From: Sulfurospirillaceae bacterium
Lineage (GTDB): Bacteria > Campylobacterota > Campylobacteria > Campylobacterales > Sulfurospirillaceae
Assembly (NCBI GenBank): GCA_033723415.1
Contig: JAWVXD010000003.1
Span: forward strand, 224,001 to 288,000
DNA length: 64,000 nucleotides
Reading direction: 5' to 3'
Part shown: positions 19,834 through 30,670 of the stretch, piece by piece
Position numbering within the stretch: the first letter of the stretch is position 1
How the letters are laid out: every line of letters begins with the position of its first letter
Notes under the pieces: model-generated
Database searches by the model: none
What the model was told of the DNA's origin: nothing
What the model saw: only the letters and a program-made list of their open reading frames with translations
Made by a program: the position numbers and the translations under genes

Positions 19834-20297
19834 AATAAACTCCAAGTAGAAAATATCAATAAACAATATCAGTTTTTACATAAATAGTTCATATCTTTTG
19901 ATTTTAAATTCATTTTTTTAAATTCACTTAACTATATTCGTTTAATATTTCACTTATATAAAAGTTTACTGGTTGGTGAAAAAATATAGATAAAAAAAGT
20001 GTATATTATTGATAAATCACATAAAATAAATAGAGTTGATTTTATGAGATATTGAAATTTTTGTCTTATTTCGTATTTGTAATCTTGATATAATACAGGG
20101 CTAAACATGACAAAATCAATATAATTTAAGTTTAAACTGTCTTTTAAAATCAAATTTCTTACAAATAGTGACATTTTTCAAATTCTCTCAAATAAAATTA
20201 ATAAAAATTAATATAAACATAAAATACTTTATGTATAATTTCAGCGTTGGCGAGAAATGTCGATATATCAATAGTACGATTTATAAAAAAAGGTTAA

Positions 20298-21905
20298 ATG
20301 ATGACGATAAAACAAAAACTTTCTTTGGGAATAGGGATAATAATCGTAGGTATACTTATGAATATTATAGTTGTAAATTATCATGTGCGTGGGGCATATG
20401 ATTTAAGCAAAAAAACAGCAGAAGAGTCTGTCCCGTTTGCATTATATGCAGCAGACGCAAAATATCAGACATCTCAAGTTCAACAATTCTTGACTGATGC
20501 CTCTTTGACTCAGAATCCGGATTCTATAAGAGAAGCTGAGGCAGCATATACTAAATTTATGGCTGATATGGATAAATTTATGGGTATGTACAAGAATGAA
20601 AATGACAACAAAAATCTTAAATATATCACAACTACGAAGAAAGATATGGATAATCTTCTCTCTACCGGTAAAGATATGGTAAAACAATATGCTATCAGCA
20701 AAAAAGCAGGTGATACCGAGATGAACAATTTTGATCATAGCAGTGAGACGCTTATGACCAAGATAGATTATATAAAAAACACTCAAGAAAAAGAAGCGTT
20801 AGATAATGCTAGAGCAACTATGCATAAAACAAATATCGCGTCAACTTTTTCAACTATTATAGGGATCATCACGATTATAATAGGATTACTTGTAGGATTT
20901 GTGTTAATCAAAAACATTTTAACTTCAATCAAAAGATTTAGTGAAATTATTGAGACAGTTGCAAGTAATCATGATTTTAGCAGTACTGTAGAAATTCATG
21001 GCAAAGATGAACTTGCAGAGATGGGTAAGAAAGTAAATTATCTTGTGACTACATTGTCAAAATCATTTAGAGAGATAAAATCAGCTTCTAGCGAGAATCT
21101 CTCTGTTGCTGCAGAGCTGTCTTCAACAACATTGGTGATCGGTAAAGCTGCAGAAGAAGAATCTAAAATAGTCTCTGAGACTACAGAAGAATCAAATCTT
21201 ATAAAACAAGCTATTCTACTTTCTCTAGAAGAAGCAAAAGAGGTAAGAGACAAGGCTATAAAAGCTCGTGATATTCTTCATCAAGCACAAGAATCGTTAA
21301 GAGAAACAAATAAACAGTTATCTTTGACGGTAGAGATAGAAGTTGATATAAACAGTAAGTTAAATGTCCTCTCGGAAGAAGCATCTCAGGTTAAAGATGT
21401 TCTTGATGTTATTTCTGATATTGCGGATCAAACAAACTTGCTTGCTCTTAATGCTGCTATTGAAGCAGCCCGTGCAGGAGAGCATGGACGTGGATTTGCA
21501 GTAGTTGCAGATGAAGTGAGAAAACTTGCAGAGCGTACTCAAAAAAGTCTTTTAGAGACAAACTCTACAGTAAATGTTATAGTACAGTCAATCAGCGAGA
21601 TCACAGGACAAATGAACACTAACTCAACTCGTATGGAAGGTTTGGCACATTCGTCAGAAGAGGTAGATCATACTACGGAAGTAGCAGTTGATACTTTATC
21701 AGATACGGTACATGACATAGAAAAGCTTACGGCAGACTCAGAAAAAAATGCATCTTCTATAGAAAATATTATTGGAAGAATTGAACATATACACAAATTA
21801 TCAGCATCAAATACTAGAAGTGTTGAAGAGATAGCCACAGCTTCAGAACACCTACATCACATGACTGAAAATCTAACTTCTCAGATTGCTATATATAAAA
21901 CATAA
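20298..21905 (+). CDS. Methyl-accepting chemotaxis protein
   Basis: TM, helical periplasmic domain, [44 protein letters not shown]. Confidence 0.97.
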   Translation: MMTIKQKLSLGIGIIIVGILMNIIVVNYHVRGAYDLSKKTAEESVPFALYAADAKYQTSQVQQFLTDASLTQNPDSIREAEAAYTKFMADMDKFMGMYKNENDNKNLKYITTTKKDMDNLLSTGKDMVKQYAISKKAGDTEMNNFDHSSETLMTKIDYIKNTQEKEALDNARATMHKTNIASTFSTIIGIITIIIGLLVGFVLIKNILTSIKRFSEIIETVASNHDFSSTVEIHGKDELAEMGKKVNYLVTTLSKSFREIKSASSENLSVAAELSSTTLVIGKAAEEESKIVSETTEESNLIKQAILLSLEEAKEVRDKAIKARDILHQAQESLRETNKQLSLTVEIEVDINSKLNVLSEEASQVKDVLDVISDIADQTNLLALNAAIEAARAGEHGRGFAVVADEVRKLAERTQKSLLETNSTVNVIVQSISEITGQMNTNSTRMEGLAHSSEEVDHTTEVAVDTLSDTVHDIEKLTADSEKNASSIENIIGRIEHIHKLSASNTRSVEEIATASEHLHHMTENLTSQIAIYKT

Positions 21906-21927
21906 TATAAGATAAAGTCCTAAACCA

Positions 21928-21967
21928 TCAATGTGAAAATTGCAAATTAAAGTAATTTTCACATTGA
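21928..21967 (+). terminator. Long hairpin after the MCP gene
   Basis: TCAATGTGAAAATTGC-N8-GTAATTTTCACATTGA. Confidence 0.6.
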
Positions 21968-22068
21968 GCCTCTTAAAAAACTCTCTTTTCTCTCAATTGT
22001 TCACTTTCCTTGTATAAGAGTTACCTTAAACTTGTTATAATATTGTTAAGATAAATAAAGGAGTGGTT

Positions 22069-23079
22069 ATGCTTTTTGACAAGTTTGAAATTCGCAATGT
22101 AGAGTTAAAAAATAGAGTCGTTATGTCTCCTATGTGTATGTACAATGCAAAAGAAGACGGAAAAGCGACTCATTTTCATTTGGAACACTATGTAACTAGA
22201 GCTGCAGGCGGCGTTGGACTTGTGATAGTGGAGGCAGCTGCTGTTTCGCCTGAGGGAAGAATAAGCCATCATGATCTTGGAATTTGGAATGATGAACAGG
22301 TTATTCCTTTGAGTGATATTGTGAACAGGGTGCATTCTTATAATTGCAAGATAGGTATACAATTAGCACATGCCGGTCGAAAAAGTGAAGCGACTTCGAC
22401 TCCTTTAGCACCGAGTCCTTTGAGATTTAGTGAAAACCATATAATACCTAAAGAACTGAGTATTGAAGAGCTGGGAAAAGTTAAACAACAGTTTTTACAA
22501 GCTGTAAAAAGAGCAATGAATGCAGAGTTTGACGTTATAGAGATCCATGCTGCACACGGGTATCTTATCAACGAACTTCTTTCCCCTTTTACGAACAAAA
22601 GAGATGATAAATACGGAGGAAGTTTTGAAAATCGAGCTAGATTTTTGCTGGAACTTATCAAAGACATAAGGACCTTCTACAAAGGAGTTTTGTTTGTAAG
22701 ACTTTCTGCTGTAGAGTATCAAGATGAAGTATGCGGTTTAGAAGAAAATATAATTTTGTCAAAGCATTTAAAGGATTTAGGAGTAGATCTTATAGATGTG
22801 AGCAGCGGCGGAAACTCTCCCAAATTACCAAGCAATATTTTCCCTGGCTATCAAATTGAGTATGCAAAAGCCATCAAAGAGAAAGCTGAGATAAAAACAG
22901 CTGCCGTAGGTATGATAAACAGCTATGAACTGGCTGAGAACACTTTACAAGAAGGCTCGGCAGATTTGATATTTTTAGGTAGAGAACTCCTTAGAAATCC
23001 ATATTGGGCAGCAAACAGTGCAAAACAACATGAGAACAAAGATTTTATGTTGAAAAATTATATCAGAGCATATCAATAA
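22069..23079 (+). CDS. namA: Old yellow enzyme family NADPH dehydrogenase (NamA/YqjM-like)
   Basis: MSPMCMY, QLAHAGRK, EIHAAHGYL, NKRDDKYGGS, GRELLRNPYW. ATG 22069 follows GGAG; the track starts at GTG 22063. Confidence 0.85.
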   Translation: MLFDKFEIRNVELKNRVVMSPMCMYNAKEDGKATHFHLEHYVTRAAGGVGLVIVEAAAVSPEGRISHHDLGIWNDEQVIPLSDIVNRVHSYNCKIGIQLAHAGRKSEATSTPLAPSPLRFSENHIIPKELSIEELGKVKQQFLQAVKRAMNAEFDVIEIHAAHGYLINELLSPFTNKRDDKYGGSFENRARFLLELIKDIRTFYKGVLFVRLSAVEYQDEVCGLEENIILSKHLKDLGVDLIDVSSGGNSPKLPSNIFPGYQIEYAKAIKEKAEIKTAAVGMINSYELAENTLQEGSADLIFLGRELLRNPYWAANSAKQHENKDFMLKNYIRAYQ

Positions 23080-23097
23080 TATAAAAAAGGATATACA

Positions 23098-23958
23098 TTG
23101 GCTTCAGGATTTTTCGCACTTTTAGACGATATAGCGACTTTGGCCGATGATGTCAGTGTTGCTGCCAAGATTGCTACTCAAAAAACTACGGCTGTTCTTG
23201 GAGATGATCTAGCTGTAAATGCTCAAAAAGCTACAGGATTTGACCAATCAAGAGAACTTGCTATCATTTGGGCTATTACAAAAGGATCTCTTAGAAACAA
23301 AGCGATCATCTTGCCGATTACTTTTATTTTAAACTGGTTTGCTCCAAGTGTCATCATATATATACTTATCATTGGAGGACTTTATCTGTTATATGAAGGC
23401 ATTGAAAAAGTAGATGAGTATATTTTTACCAAAAAACATCAAGATAAAAATGAAAAACTTTTAGAATCTACAAAAGAGAATATTTTGGATTTAGAAAAAG
23501 AGAAGATAAGATCAGCCGTTTTTACGGATTTTATACTATCTATAGAGATTATTATTATAGCTCTTAGTTCTGTTGCCGGATCATCTTTTGTAGTTCAAGT
23601 TGTATCTACCGTATTTGTTGCTATATTGGCAACTTTCGGAGTATATGGTTTCGTAGCGATAATAGTCAGAATGGACAATCTTGGATTTTGGCTTGTTGGC
23701 AAAAATCAGCTAAAAAGCGGTAGACTTTTGATAAGTACAATGCCTAAGCTTATCAGGATATTAGGGTTTATAGGAACCTTTGCGATGATTATGGTGGGTG
23801 GAGGGATATTAGCTCATCATGTCGATTTTCTTCATCATTTTTCTATAGATAATATACCTGTATTATTTAACGATTTACTTATCGGTTTTGTCATAGGAAT
23901 CATTGTTTTTATGATTGTAAAGATAGTAAATTATATAAAAACTTTGTTGGTAAACTAA
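23098..23958 (+). CDS. DUF808 (YedI-like) inner-membrane protein
   Basis: ALLDDIA, GDDLAVNAQ, TDFILSIEI motifs and several TM helices; TTG start with AGGA RBS. Confidence 0.85.
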   Translation: MASGFFALLDDIATLADDVSVAAKIATQKTTAVLGDDLAVNAQKATGFDQSRELAIIWAITKGSLRNKAIILPITFILNWFAPSVIIYILIIGGLYLLYEGIEKVDEYIFTKKHQDKNEKLLESTKENILDLEKEKIRSAVFTDFILSIEIIIIALSSVAGSSFVVQVVSTVFVAILATFGVYGFVAIIVRMDNLGFWLVGKNQLKSGRLLISTMPKLIRILGFIGTFAMIMVGGGILAHHVDFLHHFSIDNIPVLFNDLLIGFVIGIIVFMIVKIVNYIKTLLVN

Positions 23959-24034
23959 GAAATCTTATAGTAATTTTATCCTGTTGTTTTAGCATTTATC
24001 AAAAATAGACTATAATTTTAAAAAACATTAGGAG

Positions 24035-24889
24035 ATGACAATGTCAGCTGGATTTATAGGTTTAGGAAATCTTGGCACCGCGATAGCAAAAAGACTTTCT
24101 GAGATGGGAAGAGAAATAAAAGTATGGAACAGGACACAAGAAAAAGCTCATAAATTAGGGTTTGAATCATTTTTTTCACCAAAAGAGCTTGTTCAAAACA
24201 GTGATATAGTTTTTATGTGTTTATTTGATTCAAATGGTGTTAGAGATGTTTTGACTCAAGAAAATGGACTTTTGAGTACAGATCTAAGTGGAAAAACAAT
24301 TATAGATCTCACAACAAATCACTTTGCGGATGTTATAGAATTTCATAAAATGGTAGCTGAGAAAGGAGGAAACTATCTTGAAGCTCCTGTTTTTGGAAGC
24401 GTAGTGCCTGCGAGCAAAGGTGAAGTTACCATCGTTGTATCAGGAGATGAACAAGTTTTTCAATCAGCGAAACCTTTATTTGAGAAGTTTGGTAAAAGTA
24501 TATTTTTCTTGGGTTCTGCGGGGCTTGCATCAAAGATGAAGCTTATAAACAATCTCTGCCTTGGCTCTTTTATGGCAACCTTGGCAGAATCTACGGCACT
24601 TGGCGAAGCTTGTGGGATTGATAAAAAAGATATATTGGATATTTTGGGAGTCGGAGGTGGAAAATCACTAGTTCTTGCCGCTAAAACTCAAAAACTCATA
24701 GATGAAGATTTTAGTCCACATTTTAGTAATGCAGCTATAAATAAAGATTTACATTGTCTGCAAGATCTAGCATATAGTATGGATAGACCTTTATACACGG
24801 GAAGCATAGTGAAAGAGCTCTTTTCAAAAATGAAGATGATGGGAAAAGGTGATGAGGATTTTTCTTCTATATATCAACTTTTTAAATAA
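24035..24889 (+). CDS. Beta-hydroxyacid dehydrogenase family NAD(P)-dependent oxidoreductase
   Basis: GFIGLGNLG, EAPVFGS, KLINN, KDL motifs. Confidence 0.88.
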   Translation: MTMSAGFIGLGNLGTAIAKRLSEMGREIKVWNRTQEKAHKLGFESFFSPKELVQNSDIVFMCLFDSNGVRDVLTQENGLLSTDLSGKTIIDLTTNHFADVIEFHKMVAEKGGNYLEAPVFGSVVPASKGEVTIVVSGDEQVFQSAKPLFEKFGKSIFFLGSAGLASKMKLINNLCLGSFMATLAESTALGEACGIDKKDILDILGVGGGKSLVLAAKTQKLIDEDFSPHFSNAAINKDLHCLQDLAYSMDRPLYTGSIVKELFSKMKMMGKGDEDFSSIYQLFK

Positions 24890-24924
24890 TTAGTTAAAAA
24901 TTCAGCACGCGAAAGAGAGTTTTA

Positions 24925-25809
24925 TTGAGAATTTTTTTACTGTTTTTTATAGCATTGCATCTTTGGGGATTTGATTCTGATATAGGCAAGTTAAAAGATT
25001 ACAAAGCTATAAATATTGATTTTGTTCAAGATAAAACTCCATATATCGCAATTCGTTCATGGAAACAAAATAATCAAAATTATTATCTTGTACTCAATGA
25101 ATCTTTGATGATCACTAAGATCATCAAAGTTCTGCCAAGGCCTAAACAAATAAAAGACACGGCATTTGACAAAATCAAAAAATCTCTACTCTCAGAGCCG
25201 TCAAAACTGCACAATTTTGGCATAACTACGCCTGAAAACAGTAAATTGTATCTAACGATAGATATGTGCCCATCAAGTAAAAAAGGCTATGAAAAAAAGC
25301 TTTTTTTATTTTTGAAAAGATCAAACTCAGTAGCTAATATATCTATCTCAGGTAAATGGATGTTAGGACACAAACGTGACTTTGATGAACTACTTCAAAG
25401 TGGTTTGAGAATACGCTGGATCAATCACTCTTTTAGCCACTATTATGATAGAAAACAGAAGAACTGGTCCAAAAATTTTATGCTCAAAAATCCAGATGCA
25501 TTTGACAGCGAAATTATGAAAACAGAAAAACTTCTCATTATAAATCATCAAACACCATCAGTATTTTTTCGATTCCCCGGCCTTGTAAGCGATAAAAATC
25601 TAGTAGATAGGCTCATCATGACTTATAATCTTCTGCCTCTTGGCACAAATAACTGGTTAAATGTCAATAGAAAACTGATACAAAAATCTCAGATAATATT
25701 GGTTCATGGCAATCTCAATGAACATCACGGTATAGTATTGTTTTTTGATCAAAACCAAAGCGGTAAGCATATTCTCCGATTGAAAATATTTTTATTAGAT
25801 AAAATTTAA
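24925..25809 (+). CDS. Secreted polysaccharide deacetylase (NodB-like) family protein
   Basis: Signal peptide; LTIDMCPS, NHSFSH, FFRFPG, LVHGN match the carbohydrate esterase family 4 motif layout. Confidence 0.7.
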   Translation: MRIFLLFFIALHLWGFDSDIGKLKDYKAINIDFVQDKTPYIAIRSWKQNNQNYYLVLNESLMITKIIKVLPRPKQIKDTAFDKIKKSLLSEPSKLHNFGITTPENSKLYLTIDMCPSSKKGYEKKLFLFLKRSNSVANISISGKWMLGHKRDFDELLQSGLRIRWINHSFSHYYDRKQKNWSKNFMLKNPDAFDSEIMKTEKLLIINHQTPSVFFRFPGLVSDKNLVDRLIMTYNLLPLGTNNWLNVNRKLIQKSQIILVHGNLNEHHGIVLFFDQNQSGKHILRLKIFLLDKI

Positions 25810-25894
25810 ATTATGTTCAAGTAAATTTTATTTATTGTAATAAAAGGTAAAATTTTGTTATACTTGTAACATAATTTTATTTAAGGGTAATATT

Positions 25895-26305
25895 ATGAAA
25901 AAAATATTTATTTTCTTGGCGCTTGGGTTGTCTCTTTATGCTTATAATGCGACAAAGGTCGCACATGAGTTAAATTATCTAAATTCATTTGACAAAGGTG
26001 TTGCTTTAGCACAAAAAGAGCATAAGATGGTCATGTTGGTTATTGTTAGAGATCATTGTCCTTGGTGTAAAAAACTAGAAAGTGAGACCTTAACGAACAA
26101 AAGTGTTAAAAATGCAACATCAAAATTCGTTAAAGTCATCATTGATATAAATCAAAAAATGCCAAAATCTTTCAAATCCCCTATCGTACCTATCGTTTCT
26201 TTTGTAGATGCGAAAACAAAAGAGGCCACTTGGGAAGCATATGGATATAGGCGGGTAAAAGACTTTTTGAAAGATATAAAAAATGCACAGGATGATGAAT
26301 TATAA
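25895..26305 (+). CDS. Periplasmic thioredoxin-family protein (SoxW-like)
   Basis: Signal peptide, CPWC, cis-Pro loop VP. Confidence 0.8.
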   Translation: MKKIFIFLALGLSLYAYNATKVAHELNYLNSFDKGVALAQKEHKMVMLVIVRDHCPWCKKLESETLTNKSVKNATSKFVKVIIDINQKMPKSFKSPIVPIVSFVDAKTKEATWEAYGYRRVKDFLKDIKNAQDDEL

Positions 26306-26430
26306 AATATTTTGTGATTTGTTTGTAAGAAGTTGACATTTGAAGTTATGATTAGCCAATCTTTTGACTAATTTGCTTTTTTTGTATGTTATAATACGAC
26401 ATATCATATCTAAAAAAAGAAAGACTGAGT

Positions 26431-28590
26431 ATGAGTGACATCTTTTCTATGTTGTATTTAAAGCACACAAAAGATAATCTACTCAATATCTCAAATTCAT
26501 TTAATATGAGTACTGCTGGTATCATTATGCTGGTTTCTCTTTTTATTACTATGCATATTTTGCACCTTGTCCCAATCTATTTTCTTCTGTGTTGGATCAC
26601 TCTAAATTTTCTTCTTATTGGCATACGACTTTATTATGCTAAAGCTTTATCTAATGAGTTAAACCAGGAAAGTCATGATAATAAAAGAGTAAAATATTTT
26701 AAAAATTATCTGATATCCGTATTTGCAAGCGGGGCATTATGGGGGCTTTTCTTTGTAGTGTGTTTTCATTATCTCAATAGGGAAAATATACTATTTTTGG
26801 CAAGTATCTTATTTGCTCTTTTAGCAGGAGCAATTATGACTATAGGTTCTAGTTTTTTGGGAGTGTTTTTATATAACATACCTATAGTTATACCTACAAT
26901 TATAGCTCTATTATTAAAACCGTATGATATCATTTATATACTTGAAGCATTGATATTGGCATTTTTTGTATATATAACACTTAAAATCTCATATAAAAAA
27001 CAAGTTCTTTCCTTAGAAATGGAGCAAAATTTAGATCTTATGCGCCAGCATGAATATATTTCAAATCAAAACTCTATTATTTCTAAAACTGATACAAGAG
27101 GTGTTATAACTTACGCAAACGATAACTTTTGTAAAGTATCAGGCTATAGCAGAGACGAGCTGGTCGGACATATGCACAATATAATAAGACATCCTGATAT
27201 GCCTAAATCAACCTTTGAAGAGATGTGGCGCGTAATTAAAAAAGAGAAGAAAACTTGGCAAGGAATTATAAAAAATATGACCAAATCAGGTGAACCGTAT
27301 TATCTAAATGCAACTATAAGCCCAATATTTGACAGCTATGGAAATATAAAAGAGTATATAGCATTGCGTCATGACATAAGCTCTATCATGAGTGATAAAA
27401 AACAACTTTTTAATTATTTAGAAGTAAATAAATTGAGTTTTCTTGTTATGATCCAGATTGAAGATTATGATATGTTAGAAAAATTTTATGATAAGGCAAA
27501 TGTAGAAAAGATAGAAAAGAAATTTGGAGAAGCAATACTGCATATGATGTCGGGAGAGTGTAAATTTCAAAAGGTATATCATCTAGAAAGTGGTTTGTAT
27601 GCTCTTGCAAAAGATAGAAGGACTTGTCAAATATCACGCGAAGAGATAGAGAAGATGCTAGAACAATTTTTGCAAAATGTAAAGAGTTATGTTGTAAAAC
27701 TCGATGAGATAGAGTATGATATTTCAGCAATTTGCAGCTATACGTATGGAGTACATCAAACTTATGAAGATGCCAAGATAGGTATTGAAAAAGCAATCAA
27801 ATATAAAGAACAGATAGTTTATGCAGATGGTTTGTCGTGTGTTGAACATGCAATAGCCTTAAATAACATAGAAACTCTTCGTACATTAAAAGTTGCAATT
27901 GATGGAAGCAAGATCATCTCATATTTCCAGCCGATCATAAATAATCATACAGGTAAAGTAGAAAAATACGAGTCCTTAGTAAGATTGATTGATGATAAAG
28001 GCAATATAATCTCGCCGGCTGCTTTCTTGGATATTGCCAAAAAAGGGCGTTATTATGCCCAGGTTACGATGATAGTATTGAAAAATTCATTTAAAATTCT
28101 AAGAGATACAGATAAAGAGATATCTATTAATCTCTCAGCTGTAGATATTGAAACAGATAAAACAAGAGAGGAAATTTTCAAGCTGCTGCGTGAACATTCA
28201 AAAGATGCCTCGCGCATTGTATTCGAACTTTTAGAGAGTGAAGACGTAAAAGATGAAAATGCAATAATTTCTTTTATAAAACAAGTAAAACCACTTGGCG
28301 TAAAAATTGCAATTGATGATTTTGGCACGGGATACTCCAACTTTGAGAGACTTTTACAATATGAGCCTGATCTATTGAAAATAGATGGCAGTCTGATAAA
28401 AAATATTAAGACAAACCCTGTTAGCCTCAGTATTATAGAAACTATAGTAATATTTGCAAAAAAACAAAATATTAAAACTGTTGCCGAGTTTGTTGAAAAT
28501 AAAGAAATACATGAAGTCGTTAAAAATATGGGTATTGACTACTCTCAAGGTTATGCTTTTGGGAAGCCTGAAGAGCTGATAAAAGACTAG
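26431..28590 (+). CDS. Membrane-bound PAS, degenerate GGDEF, EAL phosphodiesterase
   Basis: Several N-terminal TM helices, PAS (IRHPDMP), no GGDEF motif (LESGLY), ESLVR, DDFGTGYSN, AEFVE, QGY. Confidence 0.88.
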   Translation: MSDIFSMLYLKHTKDNLLNISNSFNMSTAGIIMLVSLFITMHILHLVPIYFLLCWITLNFLLIGIRLYYAKALSNELNQESHDNKRVKYFKNYLISVFASGALWGLFFVVCFHYLNRENILFLASILFALLAGAIMTIGSSFLGVFLYNIPIVIPTIIALLLKPYDIIYILEALILAFFVYITLKISYKKQVLSLEMEQNLDLMRQHEYISNQNSIISKTDTRGVITYANDNFCKVSGYSRDELVGHMHNIIRHPDMPKSTFEEMWRVIKKEKKTWQGIIKNMTKSGEPYYLNATISPIFDSYGNIKEYIALRHDISSIMSDKKQLFNYLEVNKLSFLVMIQIEDYDMLEKFYDKANVEKIEKKFGEAILHMMSGECKFQKVYHLESGLYALAKDRRTCQISREEIEKMLEQFLQNVKSYVVKLDEIEYDISAICSYTYGVHQTYEDAKIGIEKAIKYKEQIVYADGLSCVEHAIALNNIETLRTLKVAIDGSKIISYFQPIINNHTGKVEKYESLVRLIDDKGNIISPAAFLDIAKKGRYYAQVTMIVLKNSFKILRDTDKEISINLSAVDIETDKTREEIFKLLREHSKDASRIVFELLESEDVKDENAIISFIKQVKPLGVKIAIDDFGTGYSNFERLLQYEPDLLKIDGSLIKNIKTNPVSLSIIETIVIFAKKQNIKTVAEFVENKEIHEVVKNMGIDYSQGYAFGKPEELIKD

Positions 28591-28673
28591 CGATTAACAC
28601 TAATCTACATATTCAAATATAATTCAAGTTTTATTGATTTTTGTACATTTGTTTGGTTGAAACACAATAAAAT

Positions 28674-28743
28674 TCATTATAGCTTAAGGTATATAACGAT
28701 AAGATTTCATCAAAATTTCGTTATATACTAAGGAATACAATGC
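28674..28743 (+). promoter_or_regulatory. Two ModE-box-like sites upstream of modE
   Basis: TCATTATAG-CTTAAGG-TATATAACGAT (28674-28700) and TCGTTATATA-CTAAGG-AATACAATG (from 28718, covering RBS and ATG) resemble CGTTATATA-N-TATATAACG. Confidence 0.7.
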
Positions 28744-29519
28744 ATTTTAGTTCAAACCTGACACTTGGAGAATCAGATCAACCTCTCTTTATAGAAAAAA
28801 GAATTAATCTTTTGAAAGCTATTCAAGATGAGGGTTCTATACTAAAAGCTGCAAAAATGGTTCCTATGAGCTATAAATCTGCTTGGGAAGCCATAGATTC
28901 TATGAATAATCTTGCTCCATTTCCTATCGTTGAAAAAGAAACAGGCGGTGCTGGAGGAGGAGGAACAAAGCTTACAAATTACGGTAAAACTTTACTTCAA
29001 AACTATGAAATATTAAAAAAAGAGCAAGAAAAATTTCTCCTTTATCTTTCAACATTAGCAGATTTTGACACAAAAAATATACAAACCATCAAAAGGATCT
29101 CAATGCAGATAAGTGCAAGAAATCAGATTAGAGGCATTGTCGATAAGATTGTGACAAGCGATGTAAATGCCAATGTAATAGTGGTTCCAAAAAGCGGGCA
29201 TGAGCTGTTTGCAAATATCACAAGTTCAAGCATAGAATCTTTATGTATAAAAGAAGGAGATGAAGTTGTGGCAATTTTCAAATCCTCCAGCGTTCTCATA
29301 TCAACCGATGCCAATATAAGTATAAGTGCAAGAAACAGGATAGAGGGTACGATATCTAAAATCATACAAAACAATACAAACAGCGAGGTTGTGATAGATA
29401 TAGGAGGAGACAGCATCACGTCAGTGATCACTTCAGGTTCAGTAAAAAGGTTAGGTTTAAAAGTTGGCTCATCCATAACGGCTCTCATTAAATCAAGTGA
29501 CATTATAATAGGAAAATAA
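28740..29519 (+). CDS. modE: Molybdate-responsive regulator (wHTH plus two TOBE pairs)
   Basis: GSILKAAK..MSYKSAW, GGAGGGGT, two ISARN repeats. Confidence 0.93.
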   Translation: MHFSSNLTLGESDQPLFIEKRINLLKAIQDEGSILKAAKMVPMSYKSAWEAIDSMNNLAPFPIVEKETGGAGGGGTKLTNYGKTLLQNYEILKKEQEKFLLYLSTLADFDTKNIQTIKRISMQISARNQIRGIVDKIVTSDVNANVIVVPKSGHELFANITSSSIESLCIKEGDEVVAIFKSSSVLISTDANISISARNRIEGTISKIIQNNTNSEVVIDIGGDSITSVITSGSVKRLGLKVGSSITALIKSSDIIIGK

Positions 29520-29528
29520 GGAGAAAAA

Positions 29529-30278
29529 ATGTTTAAAAAATCAATAATCGCAAGTTTGTTTTTAAGTGTATCGGTGTTTGCAGGAACTATCAATATAGCA
29601 GTAGCTGCCAATGTTAGTTATGCCATGGGAGCATTAAAAAGTGAATTCAACAAATTATATCCAAATATAAAAGTGCAAGTCACACTAAGTAGCAGTGGCA
29701 AATTAACCGCTCAAATCAAAAACGGCGCGCCATATGGACTTTTTATGGCAGCAAATATGAAATATCCACAGGCTCTGTATAAAAGTGGCGATGCTATCAC
29801 CAGACCGCTTATATATGCACAAGGCTCTTTGGCATATTTGAGTACCAAAAAACAAGATTTTTCAAAGGGTATTAACCTTCTCAAAGAAAAACAAATCTCA
29901 AAAATTGCTGTTGCAAATCCAAAAACGGCTCCTTATGGCAAGGCTGCAATTCAGGCTATGAAAAAAGGCGACGTGTATGATAGCATAAAAAATAAACTTG
30001 TCTACGCCGAGTCTATTTCTCAAACAGTTTCTTATACTATCAGTGCAACGGATATAGGGTTTATCGCAAAATCATCTCTCTTTAGTCCCAAGATGGCAAA
30101 ATACAAAAAAGGTATCAATTGGAGTGATGTGGATCCAAAATTATATACTCCTATCAACCAAGGTATCGTGATACTCAAAAACGGTGAAAAAAACTCAGAA
30201 ATTGCAGCTTTTTATGGCTTTATTCTTAGTAAGCGAGCCAAAAAAATATTTAATGATTTTGGTTATGCAGTTCCATGA
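29529..30278 (+). CDS. modA: Molybdate ABC transporter substrate-binding protein
   Basis: AVAAN, SSGKL..QI.NGAP, ANPKTAPYG. Confidence 0.93.
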   Translation: MFKKSIIASLFLSVSVFAGTINIAVAANVSYAMGALKSEFNKLYPNIKVQVTLSSSGKLTAQIKNGAPYGLFMAANMKYPQALYKSGDAITRPLIYAQGSLAYLSTKKQDFSKGINLLKEKQISKIAVANPKTAPYGKAAIQAMKKGDVYDSIKNKLVYAESISQTVSYTISATDIGFIAKSSLFSPKMAKYKKGINWSDVDPKLYTPINQGIVILKNGEKNSEIAAFYGFILSKRAKKIFNDFGYAVP

Positions 30279-30670
30279 ATGAAGTAAAAGCCGAAGTAGT
30301 CAAGATTGATAATCTTGAAAATTTAAATATCGTCACACTCTCTTTTGGAGACATCCCTCTTGTTATGATGGGTTTGGAACTTGCCAATGGAGTAAAAATA
30401 GGCAGCATGGTAGAGTTGAGCGTAAAGCCGACTCATGTTGCCATAGCTAAAGAATTTAGTGGGATGATAAGCTTCAGCAACAAATTAAATGCTAGGATAA
30501 TAGGAGTAGAAAACGGTAAACTCTTAAGCAGTATCAAGCTTATAGTAGGAGAAACTATTTTTGAAAGTATAGTATCGCTAAATAGTTCAAAAAATATGAA
30601 TCTGCAGGTAGATGACGAGGTAACACTCTTGATAAAGGCCAGTGAATTGTTTATAAGAAAGGTTTTGTAG
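30275..30670 (+). CDS. TOBE (Mop-like) domain protein
   Basis: Two Mop-like repeats (VKPTHV, IKASE) inside the mod operon. Confidence 0.8.
   Translation: MNEVKAEVVKIDNLENLNIVTLSFGDIPLVMMGLELANGVKIGSMVELSVKPTHVAIAKEFSGMISFSNKLNARIIGVENGKLLSSIKLIVGETIFESIVSLNSSKNMNLQVDDEVTLLIKASELFIRKVL

Noticed and set aside
20240..20270. Sigma-28 promoter for the MCP (GTCGATAT)
   Set aside because: The -10-like element is plausible, but the -35 match and spacing are weak, so it is not called.
19867..20297. Long AT-rich intergenic region with ORFs 19950-20174 and 20168-20401
   Set aside because: Low-complexity Ile/Phe/Lys-rich translations without RBS and no recognisable RNA structure; best read as a divergent promoter region.
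28591..28739. Moco/Wco riboswitch upstream of the mod operon
   Set aside because: The region is very AT-rich with no suitable stems; ModE-like boxes explain it better.
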